From assembly GCA_037441345.1 (NCBI GenBank), contig JBBISJ010000001.1, positions 67,660 through 131,659 of the forward strand: 64,000 nt of DNA, in the 5' to 3' direction. Position numbers and translations under genes: made by a program. The first letter of the stretch is position 1. Every line of letters begins with the position of its first letter. A model generated the notes under the pieces. It saw only the letters and a program-made list of their open reading frames with translations. It ran no database searches and was not told the DNA's origin. Source of the DNA: Chloroflexota bacterium. Its GTDB lineage: Bacteria; Chloroflexota; Dehalococcoidia; SM23-28-2; RBG-16-64-32. Shown piece by piece: positions 1-9,859 of the stretch.

Positions 1-123
1 ATCGAGCAGCGACGGCTCCTGGTGGAGCGGATGCTGACAGGCGAACTCCCTGACGACGTTCCCGACCCCGAGGAACTGAGCCGGCAGCTCGATGCTACAT
101 ATGACCTCCCGGATATTTATTGA
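1..123 (+). CDS. partial CDS (C-terminal ~40 codons), putative antitoxin partner of downstream PIN gene
   Basis: open frame running off window start, stop at 121-123, overlaps PIN ORF start by ~30 nt as in vapB-vapC pairs; no domain recognisable. Confidence 0.25.
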   Translation: MEQRRLLVERMLTGELPDDVPDPEELSRQLDATYDLPDIY

Positions 124-544
124 CACGAGCGTCGCGATCTACGCGTGGGGCCGCGATCACTCCCTGCGTGACCCCAGCCGCGAAGTGTTCAGACTGGCCC
201 AGGGCGACCCGGAGAGGTACTTCATCAACGCCGAGGTCCTGCAGGAATTGCTGCATCGGTACATGTCGCTGCGGATCTGGGAACTGGCGAAACCGAAGTA
301 CCTCGATTTGATAGACGTGTTTCGCAATTGGACCGAGCCGGTGTTAGCTTCCGACGCCGAAGTCGCCGGACATCTGGCCGATATCCATCCGCAGCTCTCC
401 GCCCGCGACCTGGTGCACGTAGCGGTCATGAAGCGCGTCGGCGCCACGGCGATTGTGTCGGCGGACAGGGGCTTTGACCAGGTGCCGGACATCCAGCGGC
501 TGGACCCCGCGGACGTCATGAAGTGGCGCAGGCTTCTCGACTAG
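92..544 (+). CDS. PIN-domain ribonuclease (VapC-like toxin)
   Basis: ORF 92..544; N-terminal IFIDTSVAIYAW with acidic residues typical of PIN fold; alternative ATG at 101. Confidence 0.65.
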   Translation: MLHMTSRIFIDTSVAIYAWGRDHSLRDPSREVFRLAQGDPERYFINAEVLQELLHRYMSLRIWELAKPKYLDLIDVFRNWTEPVLASDAEVAGHLADIHPQLSARDLVHVAVMKRVGATAIVSADRGFDQVPDIQRLDPADVMKWRRLLD

Positions 545-1062
545 CTGTGTCGCCTCGACGACCTGTTCCGGAAACGGCTTCGCATTGAGGGCTTTCTACC
601 GTCATCGGCCCGCTCCAATGCGGCCGGCACGTTGCCGCGTTCCATCTCGATGATCGGCTGACAGACGGTGATCAAGCGCGCGAAGCGCTGTGCGAGGTCT
701 TCTGCCAGTTCTTCGGAAGGAGGGTCGTAAGGCACGGTGGTGTGAAGGCGGGCCCACGAGGCGGTCCATTCCTCCAGCTCGAACTCCGGTCCGAGATTGG
801 CCTGGACCTCTTCCATATGCCCGGCGAGGAGTTCCGCCCAGCGATAGGAGAACTCACGGGGGCCCTCGAAATGCAGTCCGATCTCGATCCGCTCAGTCTT
901 GCGTGCGAGCCAGACTTCGTAGTGCACCTTTGGGCTGTGGAAGTGGGCCTGGAACCAGACAAAGCGGACGCGCGAGGTGCATGCAGCGCGTAGTTCATCC
1001 GGCAGTAGCTCCAGGGTGCGGTCGTGAAGGACGGCCATGAAGTCGCGAACGCGCAGGGGCAT
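541..1062 (-). CDS. hypothetical protein
   Basis: 173-aa ORF with non-biased composition filling the gap between PIN gene and lemA; no family recognised. Confidence 0.35.
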   Translation of the reverse strand: MPLRVRDFMAVLHDRTLELLPDELRAACTSRVRFVWFQAHFHSPKVHYEVWLARKTERIEIGLHFEGPREFSYRWAELLAGHMEEVQANLGPEFELEEWTASWARLHTTVPYDPPSEELAEDLAQRFARLITVCQPIIEMERGNVPAALERADDGRKPSMRSRFRNRSSRRHS

Positions 1063-1169
1063 GTTGCAAGGGTCGCGGGGTCAGGGGGCGCGGGTCAAGT
1101 GAAGCGCGCGTGCTACAATTCGGTGGATTTGGACGGTTTCGGCTGGGCCCGCAAGGCCGGGAGGAGTGA

Positions 1170-1748
1170 ATGAGCACTCTCATCGTTCTCGCAATCATCG
1201 TCGTCATCGTCGTTGTCGCCGGGCTGATATTTGTCGGGATGTACAACGGCCTTGTGCGGTCGCGCAACCGCTGCAAGGAGGCGTGGTCCGGCATCGACGT
1301 CCAGCTCCGCCGCCGCGCCAGCCTGGTCCCCAACCTCGTGGAGACCGTCCGTGGATATGCCGAGCACGAGCGCGGAACGTTCGAAGAAGTGACTCGCGCC
1401 CGGGCTCAACTCGAACAGGCGGGTACGCCCGGAGACGCCGCCGCCGCGAACAACATGCTGACAGGCGCGCTGCGTCACCTGTTCGCCGTGGCGGAAAACT
1501 ACCCGCAGCTCCAGGCCGCGGAGAACTTCCGCCAGCTCCAGGCGGAGCTCGCCGACATCGAGGAGAAGATCGCTTTCGCGCGGCAGTTCTACAACACCAA
1601 CGTCCTCGACTACAACAACCGGATCCAGACTGTACCGTCCAACATCATCGCCGGTATGTTCGGCTTCACGCCGGAAGAGTTTTTCGAGGCGGACGAAGAG
1701 GGGCGCGCCGAGGTGAAGGTTGACTTCGGCGCAAGGGCGGGCGACTGA
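1170..1748 (+). CDS. lemA: LemA family protein
   Basis: N-terminal TM helix then LemA-like region (…[13 protein letters not shown]…NYPQL…[19 protein letters not shown]); SD GGGAGGAG upstream. Confidence 0.85.
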   Translation: MSTLIVLAIIVVIVVVAGLIFVGMYNGLVRSRNRCKEAWSGIDVQLRRRASLVPNLVETVRGYAEHERGTFEEVTRARAQLEQAGTPGDAAAANNMLTGALRHLFAVAENYPQLQAAENFRQLQAELADIEEKIAFARQFYNTNVLDYNNRIQTVPSNIIAGMFGFTPEEFFEADEEGRAEVKVDFGARAGD

Positions 1749-1776
1749 TCGCACGGAACAACATCGCTGAGGCGCC

Positions 1777-3168
1777 GTGATGGAAGACGATCGGACCGCG
1801 CAGGGCGCCGCCGACGCCGGCCGGTCGGCATTCCAGGTTTCCGCTGAGACGCCTCTGCTGGAGCGCGCCGATGCCGGATCACCAGTGCTGGAGACGCTGC
1901 CCGCCGGGTCCAGGCTCGTCGTATCCCGGGACGAAGGTCCGTTCCTCTACGTGGTCACGGCGGATGACCGGTACGGCTACATCGCGGACGGGACGCCGGT
2001 CCAGCCTCTGACCTGGACGCCGGATGTCGAGCGGCAGGCTGCGGCGTCCATGGAGCGCCACCTTTACCCCCAGCGCCCGGTGTCGGCGCGAGACCTGTTT
2101 GCAGCGGGGCTGACCGGCCCCCTGGTTTCCGGCGCCGGGAGTGCCATGCCCGCGGCGGCCGCTCCGCTCTCCGTTCGAGATGACGAGCCGTTCACGCCGG
2201 CTGCGCCGCCGACGCCGGAAGAGCGGGTGTTGATCTACGACCGGATCGGCGCCAACAAGCGCCGGACGCTGCTCCTGTTGATGGCCTTCGTCGTATTCAC
2301 CACCCTTTTTTTCCTGGCGATTGGCGTCCTGCTCACGGCTAACTCCGGCTACGATCCCGCCGCCGACTGGCCCCTGGTCGTGCAGATGGGAGCGTTCGCC
2401 GCCATCCTCGCCGGGGGCATCGGCATCTTCCTCTATTTCGTGTCCAGCGCGGCCGTCCTCGCCATCTCCGGCGCGCACGAAGTGACGAAGGAGCAGGCGC
2501 CGGTACTCTACCGGATCGTCGAGAACCTGAGCATTGGGTCGGGGTTGCCGATGCCGAAGGTGTACATCATCGAGGACAGCGCGCCGAACGCTTTTGCCAC
2601 AGGCCGTAACCCCGAGAACGCCGTCGTCGCCGCGACCAGAGGGCTGCTGGACAAGCTGGAGAAACGTGAACTGGAAGCGGTGATGGCGCATGAGATGTCC
2701 CACGTCGGCAACTACGACATCCGGCTCATGACCACTGTGGCCGTGCTGATCGGCCTGGTCGCGCTCCTGGCCGACTACGCGCTGCGCTTCACCTGGTACG
2801 GCGCTGGTGCCCGGTCCAGCAACAAAGAGAAGGGTGGCGGCGCGCTCGGATTGGTCATCCTCGCCGTGGCCATCGTCTTCATCGCGGTCTCGCCGATCAT
2901 CGCTTCCATCATGCGGTCGGCGCTGTCACGGCAGCGGGAGTACCTGGCCGACTCATCCGGCGCCCTATTGTGTCGCAACCCGGACGCGCTGGCCGATGCA
3001 CTGGAGAAGATCTCGGCGGACCCCGAGCCGCTGGAGGTGGCGAACAAGGCGACGGCGCACCTGTACGTCGCCAATCCGCTGAAGGAACACGGCAGCTTCC
3101 TGAACAACCTGTTCTCCACCCACCCGCCGGTCGCGGAGCGGATCAAGCTGCTCCGCGCGATGGCGTGA
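1777..3168 (+). CDS. htpX: M48-family zinc metalloprotease (HtpX-like) with N-terminal extension
   Basis: HEMSHVGNYD (HExxH) plus downstream TM segments and C-terminal FSTHPPVAERI; classic LemA-HtpX neighbourhood. Confidence 0.8.
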   Translation: MMEDDRTAQGAADAGRSAFQVSAETPLLERADAGSPVLETLPAGSRLVVSRDEGPFLYVVTADDRYGYIADGTPVQPLTWTPDVERQAAASMERHLYPQRPVSARDLFAAGLTGPLVSGAGSAMPAAAAPLSVRDDEPFTPAAPPTPEERVLIYDRIGANKRRTLLLLMAFVVFTTLFFLAIGVLLTANSGYDPAADWPLVVQMGAFAAILAGGIGIFLYFVSSAAVLAISGAHEVTKEQAPVLYRIVENLSIGSGLPMPKVYIIEDSAPNAFATGRNPENAVVAATRGLLDKLEKRELEAVMAHEMSHVGNYDIRLMTTVAVLIGLVALLADYALRFTWYGAGARSSNKEKGGGALGLVILAVAIVFIAVSPIIASIMRSALSRQREYLADSSGALLCRNPDALADALEKISADPEPLEVANKATAHLYVANPLKEHGSFLNNLFSTHPPVAERIKLLRAMA

Positions 3169-3620
3169 TGGCGCGCGCCACCCTGAGACCCGCGCGCCCG
3201 GAGGACGTGCCGGCGATCGAGGATCTGTTGAAAGCGGAGTCGCTGCCTCCGCTGGAGATCCGGGAATGGCTCGAAACGTTCTGGGTGATCGAACGGGACG
3301 CGAGGGTTCTTGGATGCGCCGGGATCGAGTTGTACGGCGAATCGTCCGTGCTGCGGTCTGTGGCCGTTGACCCGGCTCTGCGTGGAGCAGGCGAGGGCAT
3401 GAACCTGGTGCAGCGCGCCCTCGATGAAGCGAAACGCCGCGGCGCACGACGGGCGTATCTGTTCACGGCGTCAGCGGCCGGTTTCTTCGAGCGGTTTGGC
3501 TTCCGCGCGTGCGCCGTTGAGGACTTCGACTTCGAGGCGCGGCAGTCGTGGCAGTGGCGGTTCCTGTCGACGAACGAAGCGGCCCGGAACTACGTCACCG
3601 CGATGCAGGCCGATCTCTAA
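3168..3620 (+). CDS. GNAT family N-acetyltransferase (ArsN2/amino-acid N-acetyltransferase-like)
   Basis: ATG at 3168 overlapping upstream stop (TGATG); acetyl-CoA motif VDPALRGAGEGMNLV, ~150 aa. Confidence 0.7.
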   Translation: MARATLRPARPEDVPAIEDLLKAESLPPLEIREWLETFWVIERDARVLGCAGIELYGESSVLRSVAVDPALRGAGEGMNLVQRALDEAKRRGARRAYLFTASAAGFFERFGFRACAVEDFDFEARQSWQWRFLSTNEAARNYVTAMQADL

Positions 3621-4057
3621 CCGGCCGATTCGATCCGGAACACGGGGTGCCGGCTGGCGATCCTCTCGAACTCCGCGATAGGCGCGTCGGGCTCGATGCC
3701 GAACTCTCGCTTTGTGACCAGCGCGTTCTCCCCGAGGTACTTCTTGATGATCGGCGCACGCTCGCCTTCGGCCACCTCCGAAAGGCGCACGCTTTCCGGC
3801 TTGCCGCGATGGATGACCCCTTCGCCGGCGGCGCGGGCGTTGCGCGACCACTCCGTGTCGCCGCGCGGCGCGACCAGGTAGCGTGTCCCCTCGACCTCAA
3901 CGATGTTGACGGCCGTCCGCCGGGGCTGGCCGCTCTTCCGGCCGCGGACCTCCAGGTCAACCGTCTTTCGCGGCCCGACGCCTCTGGCAGCGAGCCAGCC
4001 GAACAGCCGGTTGCTGAACTGGATCAGCCTGGAAGGACGGTTGTAGAACCTTGACAT
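3617..4057 (-). CDS. nitroreductase-family deazaflavin (F420)-dependent oxidoreductase (DUF385)
   Basis: 146 aa, characteristic YLVAPRGDTEW…NARAAGEGV pattern of DUF385/Ddn family. Confidence 0.6.
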   Translation of the reverse strand: MSRFYNRPSRLIQFSNRLFGWLAARGVGPRKTVDLEVRGRKSGQPRRTAVNIVEVEGTRYLVAPRGDTEWSRNARAAGEGVIHRGKPESVRLSEVAEGERAPIIKKYLGENALVTKREFGIEPDAPIAEFERIASRHPVFRIESAG

Positions 4058-4081
4058 CGGGCCACCTCCATTTCCGCGTTA

Positions 4082-5800
4082 TCAGGGTGCAGATGGGGCG
4101 TAGTCTGCGATGCGAAGTTCCATTCCCCGGTCCGCGCCGCTATCGGCGGAGAAAGTATACACAACGTCCAGCCTGTGCCCGGCCTCCAGGCCGTGGTCGC
4201 CGCCGTTGGCAAGACCGAAGGCGATCGCCGGCCAGGTGATGCGTCCTGCTTTCAGCTTGAGCTTCAAGTGAGTCCCGTCGTTGCCGACGGTGCGGGCGTC
4301 TGCCACTTCTACCCCCCGGCTCAAGAACATGGGCTCCGGGTTGTCGACGCCGAACGGCGCCATCTGCTTCAGTGGCGGGAACAGCCTGCCGCTGACCTTT
4401 TCGAGCGGGATCATCGCGTCGATCTCGGTAACCGGCGTCAGGTCGATGCCGCCAAGCTCCGCGGCCGTGGTTGCGCCCATGGCCTCCTTCAGCGCCTCCA
4501 GGTTCTCGTTGCGGGCCGTGAACCCGGCTGCCGCGCGGTGGCCGCCGAAGCGAACAAGGAGATCGCCAGACTTGCGCAACGCTGCGGTGATGTCGAACTC
4601 GGGAATGCTGCGGCAGGAGGCGCGGCTGGTGTCGGGGCCGCGCTCGTACACGATCGCCGGCTTGTTGTGGCTCTCTGCGAGGCGGCCCGCGACGAGTCCG
4701 ACGATGCCCGACGGGATGTCCGGGTGGCCGATGAAGATAAGGGGCGCGCCCGGATCCTCGTCCGCCAGCAACTCCTGCGCCAGGTCCATCGCTTTCTGGG
4801 TCTCGGCCTGGCGGAGCTGGTTCAGGCGGTTCAATTCGCCGGCGGTCTCCCGCGCGCGGTCTTCGTCCTGTTCCAGCAGCAGTTCGAGGGCGAGGCGGGC
4901 GTGGGCGAGCCGGCCCGCGGCGTTCAGACGCGGGCCGAGCGCGTAGCCAATAGTGTCAGTGCCCACGCCGCCGGTTCCCCCGTTGGCGGTCTCCAGGAGG
5001 GCGCGGATTCCGGGCCGCGCGGTCGCATTCAGGGCACGCAGGCCCTCGCGAACGAGCCAGCGGTTTTCGCCCCGGAGTGGCGCCATGTCACAGACCGTGC
5101 TGAGTGCGACCAGGTCGATGTAACGGCCGCCGTCCCAGGGGCGGTTCTCAGCGGCGTACAGCGCTTCCATCACCCGGTATGCCAGCCCGCCGGATGCCAG
5201 CTCGGGCTCAGGATAGCTGCTGTCTGCCCGCTTTGGGTTGATGACGGCAACCGCGTTGGGAAGCTCCGGCGGGACGGTGTGATGGTCCAGCACAATCGTG
5301 TCGGCGCCCAGGTGGGTGGCGAGCGCGATCTCGTCGACCGAACCCGTGCCGCAGTCAGCGGTGATGATCAGCGATACCCCGCCGGCCGCCAGCTTCTCGA
5401 TGGCAGGCGGGTTGACGCCGTACCCCTCTGTGAAGCGGTCGGGGATGTAAGACTCGACGTGTGCGCCGAGGCCCTGCAGCGCCTCGATCAGGATGGCGGA
5501 CGCAGTCACTCCGTCGACGTCAAAGTCACCGTAGACGGCGATCGCTTCACCGCTGTGCGTGGCACGCCACAGGCGCTCGACGGCCGGGCCGATGTCCGGG
5601 AGAAGCGAAGCGTCGTGCCGGGGGTTGGCGGCGGACATGTAGGCCTCCGCCTGCGAAGCATTGCGGATCCCGCGGTGCCACAGGAGGTGGCGTATGAGCG
5701 GCTCCCAGGGGGCATCCCCGAGCGCGTCTTCCGGAAACCGCCCGCGCAATCGCCAGCGCCGCCCGGAGACTCCCGTCATTGGTGGGGCAGTCGTCACCAT
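4082..5800 (-). CDS. recJ: single-stranded-DNA-specific exonuclease RecJ
   Basis: DHH motifs (IAVYGDFDVDGVTASAIL, …DHH…), DHHA1 region; start chosen at ATG 5800 (MVTTAPP…) rather than ORF-track 5944. Confidence 0.85.
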   Translation of the reverse strand: MVTTAPPMTGVSGRRWRLRGRFPEDALGDAPWEPLIRHLLWHRGIRNASQAEAYMSAANPRHDASLLPDIGPAVERLWRATHSGEAIAVYGDFDVDGVTASAILIEALQGLGAHVESYIPDRFTEGYGVNPPAIEKLAAGGVSLIITADCGTGSVDEIALATHLGADTIVLDHHTVPPELPNAVAVINPKRADSSYPEPELASGGLAYRVMEALYAAENRPWDGGRYIDLVALSTVCDMAPLRGENRWLVREGLRALNATARPGIRALLETANGGTGGVGTDTIGYALGPRLNAAGRLAHARLALELLLEQDEDRARETAGELNRLNQLRQAETQKAMDLAQELLADEDPGAPLIFIGHPDIPSGIVGLVAGRLAESHNKPAIVYERGPDTSRASCRSIPEFDITAALRKSGDLLVRFGGHRAAAGFTARNENLEALKEAMGATTAAELGGIDLTPVTEIDAMIPLEKVSGRLFPPLKQMAPFGVDNPEPMFLSRGVEVADARTVGNDGTHLKLKLKAGRITWPAIAFGLANGGDHGLEAGHRLDVVYTFSADSGADRGMELRIADYAPSAP

Positions 5801-5885
5801 CCTGCCAATGATTATGGGGGCCAGCCGGTGGACGTGACAGGGGCGAGTGGCAGCCGGTTGTTGAGAATGTGGGTGGCGATGCCGA

Positions 5886-6530
5886 TTAACGCGAGAGTGC
5901 GTCGATCTCCGGGTCCGCCATGCCAAGCAGCGAACCCAGCACATAGCGGTTGTGCTCGCCCAGGGCGGGGGCGGGAAGCCGGAGGTGCAGCGGCGTTTCG
6001 CTGAGGCGCCAGGGCGAAGCCGGGACCGCGGTCACTCCGGTAAGGGTCGAGACTGGCTCGGTTGCGCCGGCGGCCGCGCGGTCGGTTGCGGTCGCCTCGC
6101 CGTGATCCGCGGTCACTTCGATCAGGCCGCCCAGTCCGGTGCGGCGGCGGTCCCAGAGGGCGAGACCGACGGCTCCCACAGCAGCGACGGCATCTGCTGG
6201 GCTGCCTCCGGGTGGCAGGAGCACGAGGATCAGAGCCTCGTTGGCATTTCTCATCCCTTCGCTGGCGATCGAACCCGCCGTGGCGATGAGGACGTCCGAG
6301 AGCCCCGCCAGGCGGGTGAGGACGTCCGGTCGCTTCGAGACGTCGAAAGCGCAGCAGTACTTGTTGGCGTTGAGCGCCTGGAATCCGTCCGTCCCGCGGA
6401 GGCTATCCCCGGACGGCGGCTCGACCTTGATCACCTCCGCGCCGAGGTCGCCAAGGAGGCGGCCGGTGAGCGCCGACGCGCCGTCGGTGAGGTCCAGCAC
6501 GCGGTGGTCAAAGAGGGGTAGCCTGTACAC
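5886..6530 (-). CDS. CoA-transferase family III (CaiB/BaiF)-like mini protein, paralog 1
   Basis: GTG start 6530; N-terminal VLDLTDGASALTGRLLGDLGAEVIKVEPPSGD and C-terminal ALGEHNRYVLGSLLG motifs of family III CoA-transferases but only ~214 aa. Confidence 0.55.
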   Translation of the reverse strand: MYRLPLFDHRVLDLTDGASALTGRLLGDLGAEVIKVEPPSGDSLRGTDGFQALNANKYCCAFDVSKRPDVLTRLAGLSDVLIATAGSIASEGMRNANEALILVLLPPGGSPADAVAAVGAVGLALWDRRRTGLGGLIEVTADHGEATATDRAAAGATEPVSTLTGVTAVPASPWRLSETPLHLRLPAPALGEHNRYVLGSLLGMADPEIDALSR

Positions 6531-6531
6531 G

Positions 6532-7200
6532 TCAGATTACCCCCGCCGCGCGGAGCCGGGTAAGGTCTCCCGCTTCCAGGCCCATCTCTCCGCAGTAAAT
6601 CTCGTGGTTGTGCTCGCCCGTGGCCGGGGCCGGCCCCGAAAGTCGTTCAATCTGCGACATGCGGAAGGGCGACGACTCGATGGGTGGTGCTTCGATCCGG
6701 TCCGCGAATGCGGCCGCGAACGCTGCGCAGTCCTGCGCGGCGATCTCGATGTGTTGCGGCACCTCGTAAGCGTCGGCGTTGTACACGGCGATGGCGGTGG
6801 CAGCGAAGGCGTTCAGCCCGGCCAGTAGCCCTGTCTGCGGCAGGTCATCCGCGTCCGATGGAATCGAAGTGAGGATAATCCGGCGCTTGATGCCGTACAG
6901 GGTCGTGTACCCGAGGTCCATTGCTTCCATCCGGTCGCCTGCAAAGCTCTCCACCACCACGTTTGCCTGCTCCACCATCTTGCGGAACAGGCGCCGCCCG
7001 GTTTCGGTTCCAATGTCGAGCGTGACGCTTCGTTTGTTTGTGCCCAGCCGGAACCAGTCCGCGAATTCACGCAGGCGGCTACCCCCGGGCGGCTCGACGA
7101 CGATGACATCGGCGCCGTGGTCCGCGAAGAGCTTCGTGCAGTATGCGCCGGCGACGCTGTTGGACAGGTCCAGCACGCGCAGGTCTTCGAGCGTTGTCAT
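6532..7200 (-). CDS. CoA-transferase family III (CaiB/BaiF)-like mini protein, paralog 2
   Basis: start ATG 7200 ([40 protein letters not shown]); C-terminal ATGEHNHEIYCGEMGL motif; 1-nt gap to paralog 1. Confidence 0.6.
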   Translation of the reverse strand: MTTLEDLRVLDLSNSVAGAYCTKLFADHGADVIVVEPPGGSRLREFADWFRLGTNKRSVTLDIGTETGRRLFRKMVEQANVVVESFAGDRMEAMDLGYTTLYGIKRRIILTSIPSDADDLPQTGLLAGLNAFAATAIAVYNADAYEVPQHIEIAAQDCAAFAAAFADRIEAPPIESSPFRMSQIERLSGPAPATGEHNHEIYCGEMGLEAGDLTRLRAAGVI

Positions 7201-7958
7201 CAGATGTTCGACCAGCTCTGCCCGCCGTCTACCACGATCGTCGCGCCGGTAACCCAGGACGAGCGCGGCGAACAGAGGAAGGCGACGACGTTCGCCACTT
7301 CCTCGGCTGTACCGAAGCGGCCCATCGGGATGTTCTCCTTCACGAACCGTCCCATCCCTTCCGGGTCTTCCTGCTGGCGTCGCCACCAGCTGCCGCCGGG
7401 GTGGCTGATTGATCCTGGAGCGACCGTGTTGACCCGGATGCCGTCCGGAGCGAGAGCGCGGGCCATCGACTTGGCGCTGCTGATGAGCGCGGCCTTGGCG
7501 GCGTTGTAGCCGGGCTGGCCTCCGGCTTCCTTTCCCCAGATGGAGGAGAGGTGGACGATCGAGCCGCCGCCGGTCGCCTTCATTCGGTCGGCGCAGAGAC
7601 GAGCCAGTCGGACCGCGGGCAGGAACAGCGTGCCCATCGACTCGTGCCAGACAGCGTCCTCGAACCCGGGGGCGGAGAAGTGAATGCTCGTCACGAGGGC
7701 GTCGACGCGCCCGAAGCGATCCACGGCGGTCGAGATGAGTTGCTCCGCGCCTTCGGGCAGGGTGACGTCCGCCGCGACCGCAGCCGTTTCGACGCCGAGT
7801 GCACCGGCCGCATCGACTGTCTCCCGCAGGGCATCTTCGCCCCGTGCCGCGAGCACCAGGTGGCAGCCCTCACCTGCCAGCGCCTGCGCCGACGCGCGGC
7901 CGATGCCGCGCGAAGCCCCGGCGATGACGGCGACCTTACCGGAGAGCTGAAGGTCCAC
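7200..7958 (-). CDS. SDR family oxidoreductase
   Basis: [16 protein letters not shown] Rossmann motif, YNAAK catalytic motif; stop overlaps start of CoA-transferase paralog 2. Confidence 0.8.
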   Translation of the reverse strand: MDLQLSGKVAVIAGASRGIGRASAQALAGEGCHLVLAARGEDALRETVDAAGALGVETAAVAADVTLPEGAEQLISTAVDRFGRVDALVTSIHFSAPGFEDAVWHESMGTLFLPAVRLARLCADRMKATGGGSIVHLSSIWGKEAGGQPGYNAAKAALISSAKSMARALAPDGIRVNTVAPGSISHPGGSWWRRQQEDPEGMGRFVKENIPMGRFGTAEEVANVVAFLCSPRSSWVTGATIVVDGGQSWSNI

Positions 7959-8039
7959 GCTTCACCGCGTTACGCACAACGCGCTCTATCGTATGGCAAA
8001 CAGAGGCACGGTCAAGCCGGCCGTGCCAGGCGCATCGGG

Positions 8040-8795
8040 CTACCGGCCGGTGTAGGCGTCCCAGATCTCGGGGCCCCAGAACGTGGCGACAAGGGCGCCC
8101 AGCGCCAGGAACGGGCCGTGGGGGATGTGGTCCTTGCGCCCCCGGATCCTGGTGGCGATCAGCAGGATGGAGACGGCCGCCGCTGCGAGAGTTCCGACGA
8201 ACACGGCGACGAAGATCCCGGGAGCACCGACGACGAAGCCGATGAGGATGATCATCTTAACGTCGCCCATGCCGAACGCGCCGGCCCCGAAGGGCAGCGA
8301 CAGGAGGAACAGGACGACTCCGATGCTTATCCCGATCAGACCGCCGGCGATCACCTCCGCAGTCCCGCTGTCCGGCCAGGCCCAGCTCAGGGCGATCGCG
8401 ATCAGCGTCGATGGGTAGACGATGCGGTTGGGCAGGAGACGGCGGTCAAAGTCGGTGAAGGTGAGGGTCAGGAAGACCGTGAGGAAGAGGCCGCCCATGA
8501 GCCCTCCGGCCAGGTTTTCGTCGGAGGCGAAGTACGAGGCGGCGGCCAGGGCGGCGCCGCCGAGTGGGAGCAGGACCGCTCGCACCGGCAGCCACCGCCC
8601 GCAGTCCGGGCAACGGGCGCCGGCGGCGAGCCAGCCGGCCAGCGGGAGGGCGAACCGGGCGCGCAACGGCGACCGGCAATTGGCGCAGCGTGACAGTGGA
8701 CCGCCGACCGGTTCGTCCGTGTAGAAGCGGAGAAAGTTAAGGTCCATAGCGTGGCCGAGGGCCAGCCCGAACGCGATGCAGAGAGCAAGTTCCAT
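8040..8795 (-). CDS. tadV: prepilin peptidase (A24 family, TadV/CpaA-like) with N-terminal CxxC zinc-binding region
   Basis: CANC…CPDC pairs, polytopic membrane protein with conserved Asp residues (FTDFD, GMGDVK); divergent from flp gene. Confidence 0.8.
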   Translation of the reverse strand: MELALCIAFGLALGHAMDLNFLRFYTDEPVGGPLSRCANCRSPLRARFALPLAGWLAAGARCPDCGRWLPVRAVLLPLGGAALAAASYFASDENLAGGLMGGLFLTVFLTLTFTDFDRRLLPNRIVYPSTLIAIALSWAWPDSGTAEVIAGGLIGISIGVVLFLLSLPFGAGAFGMGDVKMIILIGFVVGAPGIFVAVFVGTLAAAAVSILLIATRIRGRKDHIPHGPFLALGALVATFWGPEIWDAYTGR

Positions 8796-9085
8796 CAGTC
8801 GCTACAGACGCCCGCGCGGGCCGATTCGTAACTGGCAGAGCAACGGGTGCCCGGGCGCGCCGTCTTACCAGGTGATTCTGAGGGCCAATGGGCTTCCTGG
8901 GAAGTGACCGCTCCGGGTTAACGGCCTTTCAACCCGAATCGGTGACGACACGGTGAAAAAGGCTGGCGACATAAGGAGCGCCTGTAACAGGGGAAACGGG
9001 GCAGCATCTTAGCTATCGGAAAGTGTCCGGACAAACACAAGCCAACAAGTCACCCAGTCAACACAAAGGGAAAGGAGGAGGGTAG

Positions 9086-9274
9086 ATGCTCTCCAACATT
9101 AACGAGGCGATCCTTCGCTTGTTCGTCCGCGCCAAGGACGAGGAAGGCCAGGCTCTGGCGGAGTACGGTCTGATCCTCGGTCTGATCGCGGTGGTAGCGA
9201 TCGCCGCGCTGACCCTGATGGGCACGCTCATCAGCGGCAAGCTGGACGACATTACGACCGCCCTCGGCGGCTAA
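9086..9274 (+). CDS. flp: Flp family type IVb pilin
   Basis: 62 aa; Flp motif G/QALAEYGLILGLIAVV; strong SD GGAGGAGGG. Confidence 0.8.
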   Translation: MLSNINEAILRLFVRAKDEEGQALAEYGLILGLIAVVAIAALTLMGTLISGKLDDITTALGG

Positions 9275-9290
9275 GGCAATCCAGTACAGG

Positions 9291-9320
9291 TGCAGGGCGG
9301 GCCCGCCACGGCGGGTCCGC
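9291..9320 (+). terminator. 13-bp GC-rich hairpin immediately after flp stop (putative attenuator/terminator)
   Basis: GGGCGGGCCCGCC-ACG-GCGGGTCCGCCC; no U-tract so partial/readthrough terminator as often seen after pilin genes. Confidence 0.4.
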
Positions 9321-9370
9321 CCGTTCGCCTGAACAAGAGGGACTCAGGTAAGGGCCATCGGAGAACAAAC

Positions 9371-9799
9371 ATGAAGCTCGCAAGACTCGTCCGCAAGCCG
9401 AAGGATGTGAGGGAGCGCGGCCAGGCGATGGTGGAATTCGCCCTGATCGTGCCGATCTTCCTGCTTCTGGTGTTCGCAATCGTCGACTTCGGCATGGGGT
9501 TTCACGCCTGGATAACCGTCACTAATGCCGCCCGCGAGGGGGCGCGAGTGGGCGCGGTGGGCGCCGACTCCGCCACGATCCAGGCGAAGGTCACTGACAC
9601 GGCGGCATCCCTGGACGCCGCCCAGTTGACCTCAACAGTCACCAACGCCCAGGGAGCTCCGGGAGAGTCGGTCACGGTAAAGGTCGACTACGACTACCAG
9701 TTGATCACACCGCTCTCCAGCATCATGGGGTTCGTGTCGGGCGATACCATCGGCCCGGACATCGTCTTCAGCTCCACCGCAAAGATGCGGATCGAATAA
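9371..9799 (+). CDS. tadE: TadE-like pseudopilin
   Basis: start ATG 9371; G/QAMVEFALIVPIFLLLVF prepilin-peptidase-type leader. Confidence 0.75.
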   Translation: MKLARLVRKPKDVRERGQAMVEFALIVPIFLLLVFAIVDFGMGFHAWITVTNAAREGARVGAVGADSATIQAKVTDTAASLDAAQLTSTVTNAQGAPGESVTVKVDYDYQLITPLSSIMGFVSGDTIGPDIVFSSTAKMRIE

Positions 9800-9859
9800 G
9801 CTCGGGGTCCCCGAACTTGCGGGGCCGTAACGGCCCTGAATACGTCAGGAGGTCGCGAT

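Noticed and set aside
4175-6004. 609-aa + strand ORF opposite recJ
   Set aside because: Arg/Gly/Ala-rich composition, no domain, fully antisense to a strongly supported recJ; typical high-GC run-on frame. The same reasoning applies to 20546..22606(-), 28741..30519(-), 31120..32358(-), 40717..42312(-), 42814..44289(-), 45254..46405(-), 37602..38732(+), 36173..37090(-), 10184..11203(-), 12589..13563(-), 14116..15084(-), 18811..19941(-), 7551..8693(+) and the other short overlapping ORFs in the track.
5886-7200. Two CoA-transferase ORFs as one frameshifted full-length gene
   Set aside because: Each ORF independently carries both N- and C-terminal family signatures and its own start codon, so they are not two halves of one protein. 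A pseudogene origin cannot be fully excluded.
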